The translations under genes and the position numbers were made by a program. The notes under the pieces were generated by a model. That model was not told the DNA's origin and did not search any database. It saw nothing but the letters and a program-made list of their open reading frames with translations. From the IMG/VR virus record IMGVR_UViG_3300029953_000001: DNA of 64,000 bases; one strand, 5' to 3'. This DNA is from a virus. Below are positions 44,297-52,836 of this stretch, in pieces. Numbering within the stretch: the stretch's first letter is position 1; each line of letters opens with the position of its first letter.

Positions 44297-44583
44297 CCGT
44301 AGGCGTCGTAACGCTCACCGGGGGTGTGGTAGTTGGCGTAGCCATAGTTGGCGATGTGTCCCTCGTGGCCGGGGACAACCTTCCATACGGTGGCGGTCTC
44401 GGGCTTGCCCTTCTCATCCAGCTTGCCGGTCGGGGCGTACCCGGCGTGGTACTCATGGCGGTCACAGGCGAGGCAGTGACGCTCGTCGCGGTAATCCCAC
44501 CCGCGCTCTTTGTTGTAGAGACCATTGTTACTTGCACAGGTGCGTTGACCGGGTAGGTTCACTGCGTCACGACCACACGCCAT
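44284..44583 (-). CDS. Hypothetical protein (99 aa; His/Tyr/Gly-rich)
   Basis: ORF only. Confidence 0.4.
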   Translation of the reverse strand: MACGRDAVNLPGQRTCASNNGLYNKERGWDYRDERHCLACDRHEYHAGYAPTGKLDEKGKPETATVWKVVPGHEGHIANYGYANYHTPGERYDAYGYRI

Positions 44584-45190
44584 GGCCTTCGAGGACGATG
44601 CGGGTGTTGGTCACGCGAACGACCTTCTTCACCTTATCGCGGGGCGTGTAGCGGTTGCCCACCCAAATGTCGTCGCCCTCTTTGATTTTGATGATGCGGG
44701 TTGCGTCCATAACAGCCATGACAGGTCTCCTAGAAACGAAAGTTCACAGATTGTGAAGCATTACATCTTGATGTCTTCGATGCTGTCGAACAGGTGGACA
44801 CCGGGCTCCAGCTTGTTGATGTCAGCGGTGGGCTCTGGCTTGACTCGGTGGTCAATGACCTCAGGGCCTCCCGTGATGACTACTAGGAACTCGTTGTCGT
44901 CTTCAAGTGCAGTTGCTTTGATTACGATTGGGTCTTGCATGGTTTTACCTCACTTCATGGATACAACCGGAAAAGACCACCCGGTCGCCGGATTTTCATT
45001 CCAACCTACAGCCTTGCCGTTCTCAAGTTCCCACCAGCAGTGGACGTTCATCTGAGGGCCGGGGAACTCTTTCCAGCCGTCTTCCTCGCGAACCCGGCTG
45101 TATTCTTTCACCACCGGGACATCCCACGTACTAGCTCGACGTTGCTGATGAGCTTCTTGATGCCGTCGTTGATAGTCTTCAGGCTCATGG

Positions 45191-45451
45191 TTAGCTCACG
45201 TAGGCGGTGATTTCATAGTCGCCCGATACTTCCATTTTGTACCACGACAGGCAGAGCCAAGTGTTGACACCGACCTGCTCGTTTACCCGGCCTTCACGAC
45301 CGCAGTAGATTCCCTCTTCCATGCCCTTGAGACCAGCCTGATTCAGGATGGCGTCGATGTCGGCGATGGGGATGAAGCGGTGGTAGGTCGCCATCGCGGC
45401 GAGAAGCTTGTTCGCAATCTTACGGGCTCGGGTTTCGTTCACGTTTGCCAT
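45191..45451 (-). CDS. Hypothetical protein (86 aa)
   Basis: ATG 6 nt downstream of conserved TATACT element. Confidence 0.5.
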   Translation of the reverse strand: MANVNETRARKIANKLLAAMATYHRFIPIADIDAILNQAGLKGMEEGIYCGREGRVNEQVGVNTWLCLSWYKMEVSGDYEITAYVS

Positions 45452-45510
45452 GTCTGTAGTATACGGGACTAACCACGGTTATGAACAACTATTTTGGAAA
45501 TTTTTACTGT
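45452..45510 (-). promoter_or_regulatory. Conserved promoter motif copy A (AT-rich UP – TTGTTC – 19 nt – TATACT – 6 nt – ATG)
   Basis: Minus-sense GTAAAAATTTCCAAAATAGTTGTTCATAACCGTGGTTAGTCCCGTATACTACAGACATG. Confidence 0.55.
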
Positions 45511-45766
45511 CCGCCGTTCTTGGCGACCATGATGGGTGGGACTCGCAAAGGACATCAATCTCTTCGAGGCCGTTGCTGCCGTCCAGATATGCCCAAACCT
45601 GCTCAGCGTCATCGTCGGACAGGCCGGTGAGGAACTTGCGGAGGACATCCGGCATGGTGGAGGTCTCAGCGGCTGCGTCGGCGAGGTCGGCATCCTTGGC
45701 GTCTTTCGCCCACTGCGGGGCTGGTGTCCATCCAAACGGGGCGGGGACTGCGACGGGCTGTTTCAT
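45479..45766 (-). CDS. Hypothetical protein (start MKQPVAV)
   Basis: ORF 45479..45835 trimmed to first ATG. Confidence 0.4.
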   Translation of the reverse strand: MKQPVAVPAPFGWTPAPQWAKDAKDADLADAAAETSTMPDVLRKFLTGLSDDDAEQVWAYLDGSNGLEEIDVLCESHPSWSPRTADSKNFQNSCS

Positions 45767-45910
45767 GGTGGCTCCTAGCGGGTGTGGCGGGGCTTCAGGC
45801 GGCTGAGGCGGGTTGGGTGGAGGGCTCGGTAGCAAACATCCTCTACAGAGCCCCTACGGGCGACCAGAACGGCGGTAATCGTGAGATAAAGACCAAGTAT
45901 GTGCATGGGA

Positions 45911-46387
45911 TTAGGCGTGCATAATCTGGCTGTTGAGGCTGGCCTTGCGGTCAGCGTTCATGGAAGGGTAGTAGGTGGCCCGGATGCCCTCGATGGGGTT
46001 GAAGGTCAGCTTGTAATCCGGGTGGAGACGGCTAGTGTCGGTGACCGCAGGGCAGGTCGTGATACTCAGAACTTCCGCACGGGCAGCAGCCTCAACCTCA
46101 GGCGTCACGTCGTATTTGAAGGACTGGAGCGTGTCCGACTTGACCGGGCTGGCATTGAGCAACGCGGCCCAATCCTCAGGCTTGATGTGAGCCGACCCGT
46201 TGTAGCTGTACAGGGCCTTGACCCAAATGTAGCCAGTCATGGCGGTAATGGTGAGAAGCTGAGATTTCCGGCAACCCGGCAGGATGCCCCATACCCGGTG
46301 GCTGGCGTAGTAACCAGTCTTGGAGTGGCTGTTGGCCGAGACTTCAATCTTGGAGGCGGTAATTTGGAGTGCGGTAGACTTCTTCAT
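45911..46387 (-). CDS. Hypothetical protein (158 aa, start MKKSTAL)
   Basis: ATG 6 nt downstream of conserved TATACT element. Confidence 0.5.
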   Translation of the reverse strand: MKKSTALQITASKIEVSANSHSKTGYYASHRVWGILPGCRKSQLLTITAMTGYIWVKALYSYNGSAHIKPEDWAALLNASPVKSDTLQSFKYDVTPEVEAAARAEVLSITTCPAVTDTSRLHPDYKLTFNPIEGIRATYYPSMNADRKASLNSQIMHA

Positions 46388-46447
46388 ACCCACAGTATAC
46401 CGGGGCGACAGGTCTTTCGAACAACTATTTTAGGAATTTTTTACCTG
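46388..46447 (-). promoter_or_regulatory. Conserved promoter motif copy B
   Basis: Minus-sense GGTAAAAAATTCCTAAAATAGTTGTTCGAAAGACCTGTCGCCCCGGTATACTGTGGGTATG. Confidence 0.55.
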
Positions 46448-46656
46448 TCCATCGCTTCCATGGCACGGTCTTGGGCGGCTTCCCGGCGACGGGCGAGGTA
46501 ACGGGGGTCGTACTCCCAGTACCGGCCATCGAGGATGCCGAACTCAATACCGGAGTCGATGTAGTTGGCGGTCAGGATGTCCCGGCCATACCCCATGAGG
46601 AACATAGGGCGGCAGTCACCATGGACGGCTAGGGAGCGTGAGGTCTTGAGGGACAT
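46441..46656 (-). CDS. Hypothetical protein (71 aa)
   Basis: ORF only. Confidence 0.35.
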   Translation of the reverse strand: MSLKTSRSLAVHGDCRPMFLMGYGRDILTANYIDSGIEFGILDGRYWEYDPRYLARRREAAQDRAMEAMDR

Positions 46657-46939
46657 GGTTAGCCCACCAGCAGGAAGGCGATGCTGCCAAGGATGGCACC
46701 CAAGGCTATGCCGTCCGCGATGACGCGAGACATCGAGGGTGTTTCTTTGTAGAAGAGTTTCATGGTGGTCTCCTATTTCGGGAATTGAAGTACGGTGAGG
46801 TACAGGGCGTCGAAGAACACGAAGATGTGTGCGGCGAGTAGCACCATGCTACCAGCGAAAGACTTCAGGCGGAACCGGCTGACCATCAGGTGGTAGTCGG
46901 CGTAGAAGAATGCGGCCCACAGGGCGATGGTGAACCGGA

Positions 46940-47806
46940 TTAGCATTTGGTGTTCTCCAGAACGTCGTGAGCCATGGCTTCCACGAGGGCTTCCTCGTAC
47001 AGCTTGCGTGCCTTGGCGATGTGCTCTTCGGTCTGAGGTACACCGCCAACGTTGACCGAGAGGAACAGCCAGAGAACGTCCGACCGCTTGACCCGGCTGG
47101 CTTGCAGCTTGGCGTACTGCACACCCAAGTCCGTGAACGAGTGCTTGTCGCCCCGGCTGAACTGGAACCACGTCTTGCCCTTGAACGTGAAGCGGCCCTC
47201 CATGAACTCGATGATGGCGTTCATACGCTGCTTGCCGTCGATGACTTCCAGACGGTAGTCCTCGTCACGTTCGAGGAACACAAACTTGCCGATGTCCGTC
47301 CTGTCCATGATGGAGTGGATGAGACGCTGCTTGTCTTCGAGCGACCACACGTAGTCACGCTGGTAGTCCGGCGATGTGATGAAGCCCCGGTGATACGCCA
47401 TGTGAACCAGTGAGTCCAGCGAGGTAGAGAGGTAGGAGGTCTGAAGGGACTCCCGGCCAAAGTTGGTGTCTTCTTCGGTGACGAGAGGCTCGACATCGTG
47501 CCACCAGCGATAGAGCGGGAGACGGCGGTTGTTGTCGAACGGCTTGCCATACTCCTGACCCACGTCTGAGCGGCTGATGTGAATCACCTTGCCGTCCATG
47601 AGAACCTCTTCGACCGTGCAGTCCACGAGGTTGCCGATGCGAACCTTCTCACCAACCTTGAAGTCGTAGTTGGGGGGGTTGACCTGAGCAAGTTGGTCGC
47701 GGATGTCACGCTGGAATGAACCCCACTCGTGGACGCGGAAATCCTCGTAGGTCTCAGGTGCCTTGGGTGCCTTGGGTGCCTTCGGCTTACGTGTCTTTGT
47801 AGTCAT
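46940..47806 (-). CDS. DUF262 / ParB-like nuclease domain protein with N-terminal KAPKAPKAP repeat
   Basis: YQRDYVWS...QRLIHSI...IGKFVF...EVIDGKQRMNAI matches DUF262 (QR..VW, DGQQR) as in GmrSD N-domain. Confidence 0.65.
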   Translation of the reverse strand: MTTKTRKPKAPKAPKAPETYEDFRVHEWGSFQRDIRDQLAQVNPPNYDFKVGEKVRIGNLVDCTVEEVLMDGKVIHISRSDVGQEYGKPFDNNRRLPLYRWWHDVEPLVTEEDTNFGRESLQTSYLSTSLDSLVHMAYHRGFITSPDYQRDYVWSLEDKQRLIHSIMDRTDIGKFVFLERDEDYRLEVIDGKQRMNAIIEFMEGRFTFKGKTWFQFSRGDKHSFTDLGVQYAKLQASRVKRSDVLWLFLSVNVGGVPQTEEHIAKARKLYEEALVEAMAHDVLENTKC

Positions 47807-47809
47807 GAC

Positions 47810-48406
47810 CTAACTCCGGTAGTAATGGTTCTGGCTGATGTAGGCGAAGGCTTCCTTCATGTTCTTGTACGTGCGCGAACTACCGAAGCGGGTGGAGATG
47901 ACCCAATACTCCCCCGTGAAGTAGAACTGCTCCACTTCGGTACACTCATCACACGTAAAGACGCCGAAGTGCTTGTGCCCAAAGTCATTCTTGGTGACAT
48001 AGAGTAGCAGGGTCTTTATCGCCTGACGCTGCCGCTCGTTGTGCTTGAGACCCTCAGGGCTACGTTGCAAGTCAATCGTAATGACCCGTTGTTGGGTATC
48101 CTTCCAGACGTTGCCACAGAATACCGCCGTCAGACCTAAGTCCGTGAGGGTCTTGACGAAAGCTGTGTACTTAGCGTCCGAGGTAGGGTACGCTGCCAGC
48201 AGGAACTTCCAGTCGAGCTTCTTCTTGGCAAGGGTGAGGCGATGGGCATGTTCGATGAGGTCGTTCATGTTTGCCTGAGTCACAGCAATCTGTGCCTCAA
48301 GGGGCTTGGTCATACGCTTGATTTCCTTGTCGAGAGCCTCGACCTGCTTCTGCTCAGCCATCGCCAGAGCCATCAGGGACTTCGCGGTATGTGTCTTGAT
48401 TGCCAT
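47810..48406 (-). CDS. Hypothetical protein (198 aa, start MAIKTHT)
   Basis: ATG 6 nt downstream of conserved TATACT element. Confidence 0.5.
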   Translation of the reverse strand: MAIKTHTAKSLMALAMAEQKQVEALDKEIKRMTKPLEAQIAVTQANMNDLIEHAHRLTLAKKKLDWKFLLAAYPTSDAKYTAFVKTLTDLGLTAVFCGNVWKDTQQRVITIDLQRSPEGLKHNERQRQAIKTLLLYVTKNDFGHKHFGVFTCDECTEVEQFYFTGEYWVISTRFGSSRTYKNMKEAFAYISQNHYYRS

Positions 48407-48472
48407 GGGTACAGTATACCTGACGTGACACGAAGTTGAACAAGAATTTCGGTAATTTTTTACGATGTCGGG
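48407..48472 (-). promoter_or_regulatory. Conserved promoter motif copy C
   Basis: Minus-sense CGTAAAAAATTACCGAAATTCTTGTTCAACTTCGTGTCACGTCAGGTATACTGTACCCATG. Confidence 0.55.
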
Positions 48473-48477
48473 AAAGC

Positions 48478-48540
48478 GACACAATGTTACCGGTTAAGAG
48501 CTTTTTAGCGGATAAGCGGCACAACGTTACCGGTTAGAGG
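48478..48540. promoter_or_regulatory. Two 21–25-bp direct repeats (GCGACACAATGTTACCGGTTAAGAG / GCGGCACAACGTTACCGGTTAGAGG), candidate operator/iteron in divergent promoter region
   Basis: Seen in sequence, 40-bp periodicity, each contains palindromic cores AACGTT and ACCGGT. Confidence 0.45.
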
Positions 48541-48655
48541 GTTCTATCCCTATATGCTTTTGGGGGATTGTGAGCGCACACTAAAGTGAAATAGTTGAAC
48601 TTTTTGGTAACAATGTGGGGTTCTCGGCTCCTATAGGGTTAAGGAGGCAATTAAT

Positions 48656-48820
48656 ATGGAGAAGTTTTTGGTTGGATTTGAAGACACCGCAGCACTGGCC
48701 GTTCCCCCTGAGATTTACGAGGTCCGGAAGCAGCGGATGAAGAGGCTCATTGAACTGGGAGCCCCTATGGTAGTCATTCGGAACGAGGCGGTCATTCTCT
48801 TGACTTGCTTCAAAACGTAA
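48656..48820 (+). CDS. Small protein (54 aa, MEKFLVGFEDTAALAVPPEIYEVRKQRMKRLIELGAPMVVIRNEAVILLTCFKT) with very strong RBS; not in ORF track
   Basis: TTAAGGAGGCAATTAATATG; followed by terminator hairpin. Confidence 0.45.
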   Translation: MEKFLVGFEDTAALAVPPEIYEVRKQRMKRLIELGAPMVVIRNEAVILLTCFKT

Positions 48821-48822
48821 GG

Positions 48823-48855
48823 AGGGGAGCCTTTACTGGCTCCCCTTCTCTAACT
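48823..48855. terminator. Bidirectional terminator hairpin (GGGGAGCC-TTTACT-GGCTCCCC + T-rich)
   Basis: 8-bp GC stem seen between convergent genes 48656..48820(+) and 48905..49717(-). Confidence 0.6.
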
Positions 48856-48904
48856 CATGAGGGCACACGCCCCCATTATTCACTCGACCACAGTTGCAGT
48901 GTGA

Positions 48905-49717
48905 TTATAGCTCGATGCCGTACCGCTTGGCAATACGGTTGCGGGTACGCTCACGAACGGATGCGGCCTTGTTCTCTTCAGAGCTTCCCTGTGCTTCGGG
49001 AATCTCCAGCTTGGCTGGTGCCTCAGGCTTGGCGTTGTTGTCGCGGTCAGTGATGAACGGGACGGAGCCATCGGCCTTTTTTTCCTTCTTAGTATGAATC
49101 GGGTCTTTCTCTTTCTTATGGCACTCTTCGCAGAAATCTGTGCTGTGACCTGCCGCAAACGGGGTCATTTTGTAAGCGTGAGGTTTAGTTTTAATCTTGG
49201 CTTCCTTGTCGAAAGCTTCCTCAGCCGGTTTGGCTTCAGAAGACTCAAGTTCCTTTTCGCCTTCCTCGAACTTCTCCTCGTCAACGGTAATCTTCTCTTC
49301 AGGATGTTCCTTCTCGCCTTCGACAACTTCCTTCTCACCCTCTTCGGCGAAAGCATCTTCGACCGGGGTCAGGTCGAGGTCAATACCCATGTTCTCGGCG
49401 AGAGCTTCAATCGCACCGGCAACATCATCGAGTGAGTGATAAACCTCGCTGATAGCGTCGGCCACAACTTCAGGGGCCTCTTCAGCGATACGCTTGAACG
49501 CGGTCGCGTACTTCTTGGTGGTAGCAAGACGGACTTGGATGGAGGCAGTCTTCGGAGCCTCGATGAGGTCGAGATTGTCACGCAGGTTCGACAAGGCGTC
49601 GGCCATAGTGCCAAGAGCGTCGGCTACTTCCGCGAGAGCCACATCAGCTTCTTTCGGCTCCTCGCCAGCTACCTGACGGAGACGAGCCCACTTCGATTGT
49701 TCATTCTTACTAGCCAT
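48905..49717 (-). CDS. Acidic Glu/Lys/Ala-rich protein (270 aa); scaffold-like composition, function unknown
   Basis: Low-complexity helical composition; no motif. Confidence 0.5.
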   Translation of the reverse strand: MASKNEQSKWARLRQVAGEEPKEADVALAEVADALGTMADALSNLRDNLDLIEAPKTASIQVRLATTKKYATAFKRIAEEAPEVVADAISEVYHSLDDVAGAIEALAENMGIDLDLTPVEDAFAEEGEKEVVEGEKEHPEEKITVDEEKFEEGEKELESSEAKPAEEAFDKEAKIKTKPHAYKMTPFAAGHSTDFCEECHKKEKDPIHTKKEKKADGSVPFITDRDNNAKPEAPAKLEIPEAQGSSEENKAASVRERTRNRIAKRYGIEL

Positions 49718-49761
49718 GATTCCTCCACTGCACTTTTTGCAGTCTACAGATGGTTTCTAAA

Positions 49762-50232
49762 TTACTTTTTCTTCAACAACGGATTCTTGTAAGAGGCCGC
49801 TATAGCTACTGGTGGAGTATAAGTCGGCTGGGTGGGTTCTTCCACTTCTTCCACAGGAGTTACAGGTTCAGTAGTAACTCCCTCCCTGATTTCCTTAGCC
49901 TTCTTCTTAGCCCCACGCATCGTTCGCTCTTCGTAGGACTCACCCGTCTCCAAATCCTTCAACATGAAAGTCTTGATGCGACGGGTAGGGTCAATCTGAG
50001 TGATGGTGAAACGCTTGTCGTCGCTTTGCACTGTGTTCATCGAGACGCGGTTCCAGCCACCCCAGCCAGCCATGTGGAACAAGGCATTGGGGAGTTCTGG
50101 GACGACTGTGTGCTTCTCCTGCTCTGGCTCCTCATTGACCGCCATGGATTCCCCCATAGGGGTAGGGGCACCCGGTGCAGGAGGTACAGTCGGGGTAGTT
50201 TGCTGACGAACTGGCATGAAAGGTACGGACAT
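49762..50232 (-). CDS. Hypothetical protein (156 aa)
   Basis: ORF only. Confidence 0.45.
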   Translation of the reverse strand: MSVPFMPVRQQTTPTVPPAPGAPTPMGESMAVNEEPEQEKHTVVPELPNALFHMAGWGGWNRVSMNTVQSDDKRFTITQIDPTRRIKTFMLKDLETGESYEERTMRGAKKKAKEIREGVTTEPVTPVEEVEEPTQPTYTPPVAIAASYKNPLLKKK

Positions 50233-50234
50233 TG

Positions 50235-51665
50235 TTAGTTCCCCACTCGATCATGAGAGGGATTATTAGCATGATGGTTAAGAACGCAATCGCCGCAGAA
50301 GAGACCCTTACATGCGGGGCACTCCGTGGGGTTGTTGCCCTTGCCACAACCCTTGCAGGTCGGGCTCTCCCACATCTTCGCGGTGTGAGCAGAAGCAGCC
50401 AACGCCATACCACCAAGTTCTGCAAGTGTGTCGCCCCCGATAGCACCTATAGCCCCTTCACCTTCGCCACTGATAGGAGCTTGCATGTTGAAGCTCTTAC
50501 CCTTATCATCCTGTGAGCCGCTGTCGGGAGGGGGGTTGAGGAAGTCTGCTACCGGACCCGCTACCTTCTTGTCAGGGGTACGATGGCAGCTACAGCAGTT
50601 GGAGTTACACTTGTGACCCTTATTTGATGTACGGGTCTCGCCGCACAGAGCACACTTGTCTTCAGCCGTCTTAGCCGAAGCTGCTACTGCCATGGCTTTC
50701 TGCTTTTTGCCAATCTGCCGCATGATTTCGAGGAAGGGGTTCGGACGGTAGCCCTTGCCCTGACGCTTGATGGCGATGTCAATCAGCTTGGGGAAGTCAC
50801 GCCAGACCTTCTTGAAGACAACTGGGTCTGCACCAATCTCAGCGTTCCATTCTTCGAAAAGGGTGGACTGCTTGACCGACTCCGATGCCTTGAATGCATC
50901 GTAAATCAAATCGAACAGCACCACGTAACGAGTAGCCTGAGATTCGCCGATGTTGGTGTTAAGCCAGTTGACGAAGAAGCTGCGGAAGTGGTTGATGTCG
51001 ATGTCGGTTTCGACAGCTTCATACTCACCCTCACTCGCGTGCTCTTCCGTGTCCAACACATTAACTTCCTTGCTGTCGTCATTACCCGGCGACCACATGG
51101 AGTCCGTGTTCTCTTGACGCATGACCTTCTTGATGTAGTTGTTGGCTTCTTCCACACGCCACATAAAAGTCTGAATCAGGAACAACGTGACCTGACGTTC
51201 TAGAGTTTCGGATTGTGTCTTCTCGGGGAAGGAGTGGATGCGTTCTTCGAACCGGCTAAGCACCTTGCGCTTTGCCAGCGCGTTAATGATGATATGGTGG
51301 ATGGCCTCGTCCTGCTCTTCCTCATCGCGAGACATAAGTTTGGGAGCGATTACTGCCGCGAACCACTTAGCCCAGTTCATGGTTTCGTCAACCGGCAGAC
51401 CGGACTCACGTATGTATTCCTTTACATACTGATCGAAGTCTTTGTTGAAAGCAACAATGTAACGCATCCAAGCAGCGTGACGTGCAAGGGCGGCAGTGAC
51501 TGGAAAAAAATCAGTTGGTGGTTGGACAGGCTTGCCCTGCAAGTCGGCGAAACAGTAACGTACCGTTCCTTCGGATGCCAATTTAGACGTGCAGCGAAAG
51601 ACACTCCCGTCAGCAGAATGGACGATAGCACCAGCACGGATGAGAGGGGAGAATTTGGCGTTCAT
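50235..51665 (-). CDS. Hypothetical protein (476 aa) with C-terminal multi-Cys zinc-finger cluster
   Basis: CALCGETRTSNKGHKCNSNCCSCH and CKGCGKGNNPTECPACKGLFCGDC; RBS AGGTGA before ATG. Confidence 0.55.
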   Translation of the reverse strand: MNAKFSPLIRAGAIVHSADGSVFRCTSKLASEGTVRYCFADLQGKPVQPPTDFFPVTAALARHAAWMRYIVAFNKDFDQYVKEYIRESGLPVDETMNWAKWFAAVIAPKLMSRDEEEQDEAIHHIIINALAKRKVLSRFEERIHSFPEKTQSETLERQVTLFLIQTFMWRVEEANNYIKKVMRQENTDSMWSPGNDDSKEVNVLDTEEHASEGEYEAVETDIDINHFRSFFVNWLNTNIGESQATRYVVLFDLIYDAFKASESVKQSTLFEEWNAEIGADPVVFKKVWRDFPKLIDIAIKRQGKGYRPNPFLEIMRQIGKKQKAMAVAASAKTAEDKCALCGETRTSNKGHKCNSNCCSCHRTPDKKVAGPVADFLNPPPDSGSQDDKGKSFNMQAPISGEGEGAIGAIGGDTLAELGGMALAASAHTAKMWESPTCKGCGKGNNPTECPACKGLFCGDCVLNHHANNPSHDRVGN

Positions 51666-51736
51666 GCTTTTTCACCTACTGTAGGTTTAGAAAATATTTA
51701 CCCGTGACATGGTTGACAATCAAATAAATGAACATA

Positions 51737-51767
51737 CGAATAACCCTCTAGTATAGAGGGTTATTCG
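51737..51767. promoter_or_regulatory. 31-nt perfect palindrome CGAATAACCCTCTA-GTA-TAGAGGGTTATTCG (recurring CCTCTA..TAGAGG motif)
   Basis: Seen in sequence in intergenic region. Confidence 0.5.
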
Positions 51768-51786
51768 TAGTTGACATTTCGACTGG

Positions 51787-52008
51787 TCAATCCGTGAGAG
51801 GATCGTTAGGTGCTCCGTCAGTCTTCTTATCTTCTGACATCACTGCCTTCAAAGTTTCGAGGTACTCGCTGTGATCCTCGAATGCTTGTGGGTCGTGGGG
51901 AGCACCCTTGTCGTCGGAAGCAGCGTACTTGACGCCCATGCGGTTCAATTCCGAACCGTAAAGTGAGTTCATCGCGTCTGCGTCGGACTTTGCGATTTTC
52001 TTAGCCAT
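51787..52008 (-). CDS. Hypothetical protein (73 aa from MAKKIAKSD; ORF track 51787..52035 uses upstream TTG)
   Basis: AGGAGA RBS 9 nt before ATG at 52008. Confidence 0.45.
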   Translation of the reverse strand: MAKKIAKSDADAMNSLYGSELNRMGVKYAASDDKGAPHDPQAFEDHSEYLETLKAVMSEDKKTDGAPNDPLTD

Positions 52009-52043
52009 GGTAACTTTTCTCCTGTTTGAGGTCAAAATGAAAT

Positions 52044-52060
52044 CCTCTATATAATAGAGG
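52044..52060. promoter_or_regulatory. Palindrome CCTCTATATAATAGAGG (third copy of motif family; contains TATAAT)
   Basis: Seen in sequence ~36 nt upstream of ATG at 52008. Confidence 0.45.
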
Positions 52061-52087
52061 CTTTCATAGTTGAAAATTAGAGGTTAT

Positions 52088-52495
52088 TCACTTCTTTGGC
52101 GTTGCTGGTGGTGCTGGTGTTGCCGCGGGTGGTGCTGGTGGTGCAGCCGTTTTGTACCACGCATCCTTGCTCTGGTCATACACATAACTGGTATCCCAGC
52201 CATTGTCCTTGCGAACACGTTCGACCCATGCGGCCTCCTGCCCTTCAAGGACAGCGTACTGAGCCTTCATTTCGGACATTTTCTCCTTGTACTCTCCGCT
52301 CATGGCAGCGGCGGAGAGAGTCAAAGTCGTTTCCTTCTCGATAGCGAGAAGAACCTGAGCATGGGCAAGGGGGTCAAGCACTTTGGCCGTCACTTCAGTA
52401 GGAGTGACTGTCGGGGTCGGGGTTGGCGGTGGGGTTGACTGAGCAAGGATGCTGGTGGACACCATTGCTAAAGTAAGTAGACCGATTAGCTTCAC
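52088..52495 (-). CDS. Secreted Pro/Thr-rich protein with N-terminal signal peptide
   Basis: MKLIGLLTLAMVSTSILAQS signal-like N-terminus; PPPTPTPT and APPAPPAATPAPPATP tracts. Confidence 0.5.
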   Translation of the reverse strand: MKLIGLLTLAMVSTSILAQSTPPPTPTPTVTPTEVTAKVLDPLAHAQVLLAIEKETTLTLSAAAMSGEYKEKMSEMKAQYAVLEGQEAAWVERVRKDNGWDTSYVYDQSKDAWYKTAAPPAPPAATPAPPATPKK

Positions 52496-52836
52496 TGTGG
52501 GGGTTCTCCTTGGGGGGGTACTGTAGTTGTAGGTACTGTGCTCTGCTGGTTATTCTCTGCCCAGCTAGACACTTTGTTAATACCGTACAAAGCCCCACAA
52601 GTAGTGACAATAAACGTTGCTCCAGAAGTAAGAAATGCATCGAACTGTTCGATGGTAACGTACTTGTGATGAACTGAAACAGCGAAGGAGATACCGACGC
52701 CGAGAATAAAGGCAATAAGACCAGCCATGTGAACTCGGGTTGAAGAGCCGGAACCATCCGACTCGCTATAGACAGACCTCAGCCAGCTAAACAAGGAAGA
52801 AAGAAACTTAAGTATGTAGGTAAATGCAGTGTTCAT
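52492..52836 (-). CDS. Membrane protein with two predicted TM helices (holin-like topology, speculative)
   Basis: Hydrophobic segments MAGLIAFILGVGISFAVSV and ATFIVTTCGALYG. Confidence 0.45.
   Translation of the reverse strand: MNTAFTYILKFLSSLFSWLRSVYSESDGSGSSTRVHMAGLIAFILGVGISFAVSVHHKYVTIEQFDAFLTSGATFIVTTCGALYGINKVSSWAENNQQSTVPTTTVPPQGEPPQ

Noticed and set aside
51700-51780. Plus-strand TTGACA boxes (51711, 51773) as promoters
   Set aside because: There is no plus-strand gene downstream and no suitably spaced -10. They are more likely chance matches flanking the palindrome.
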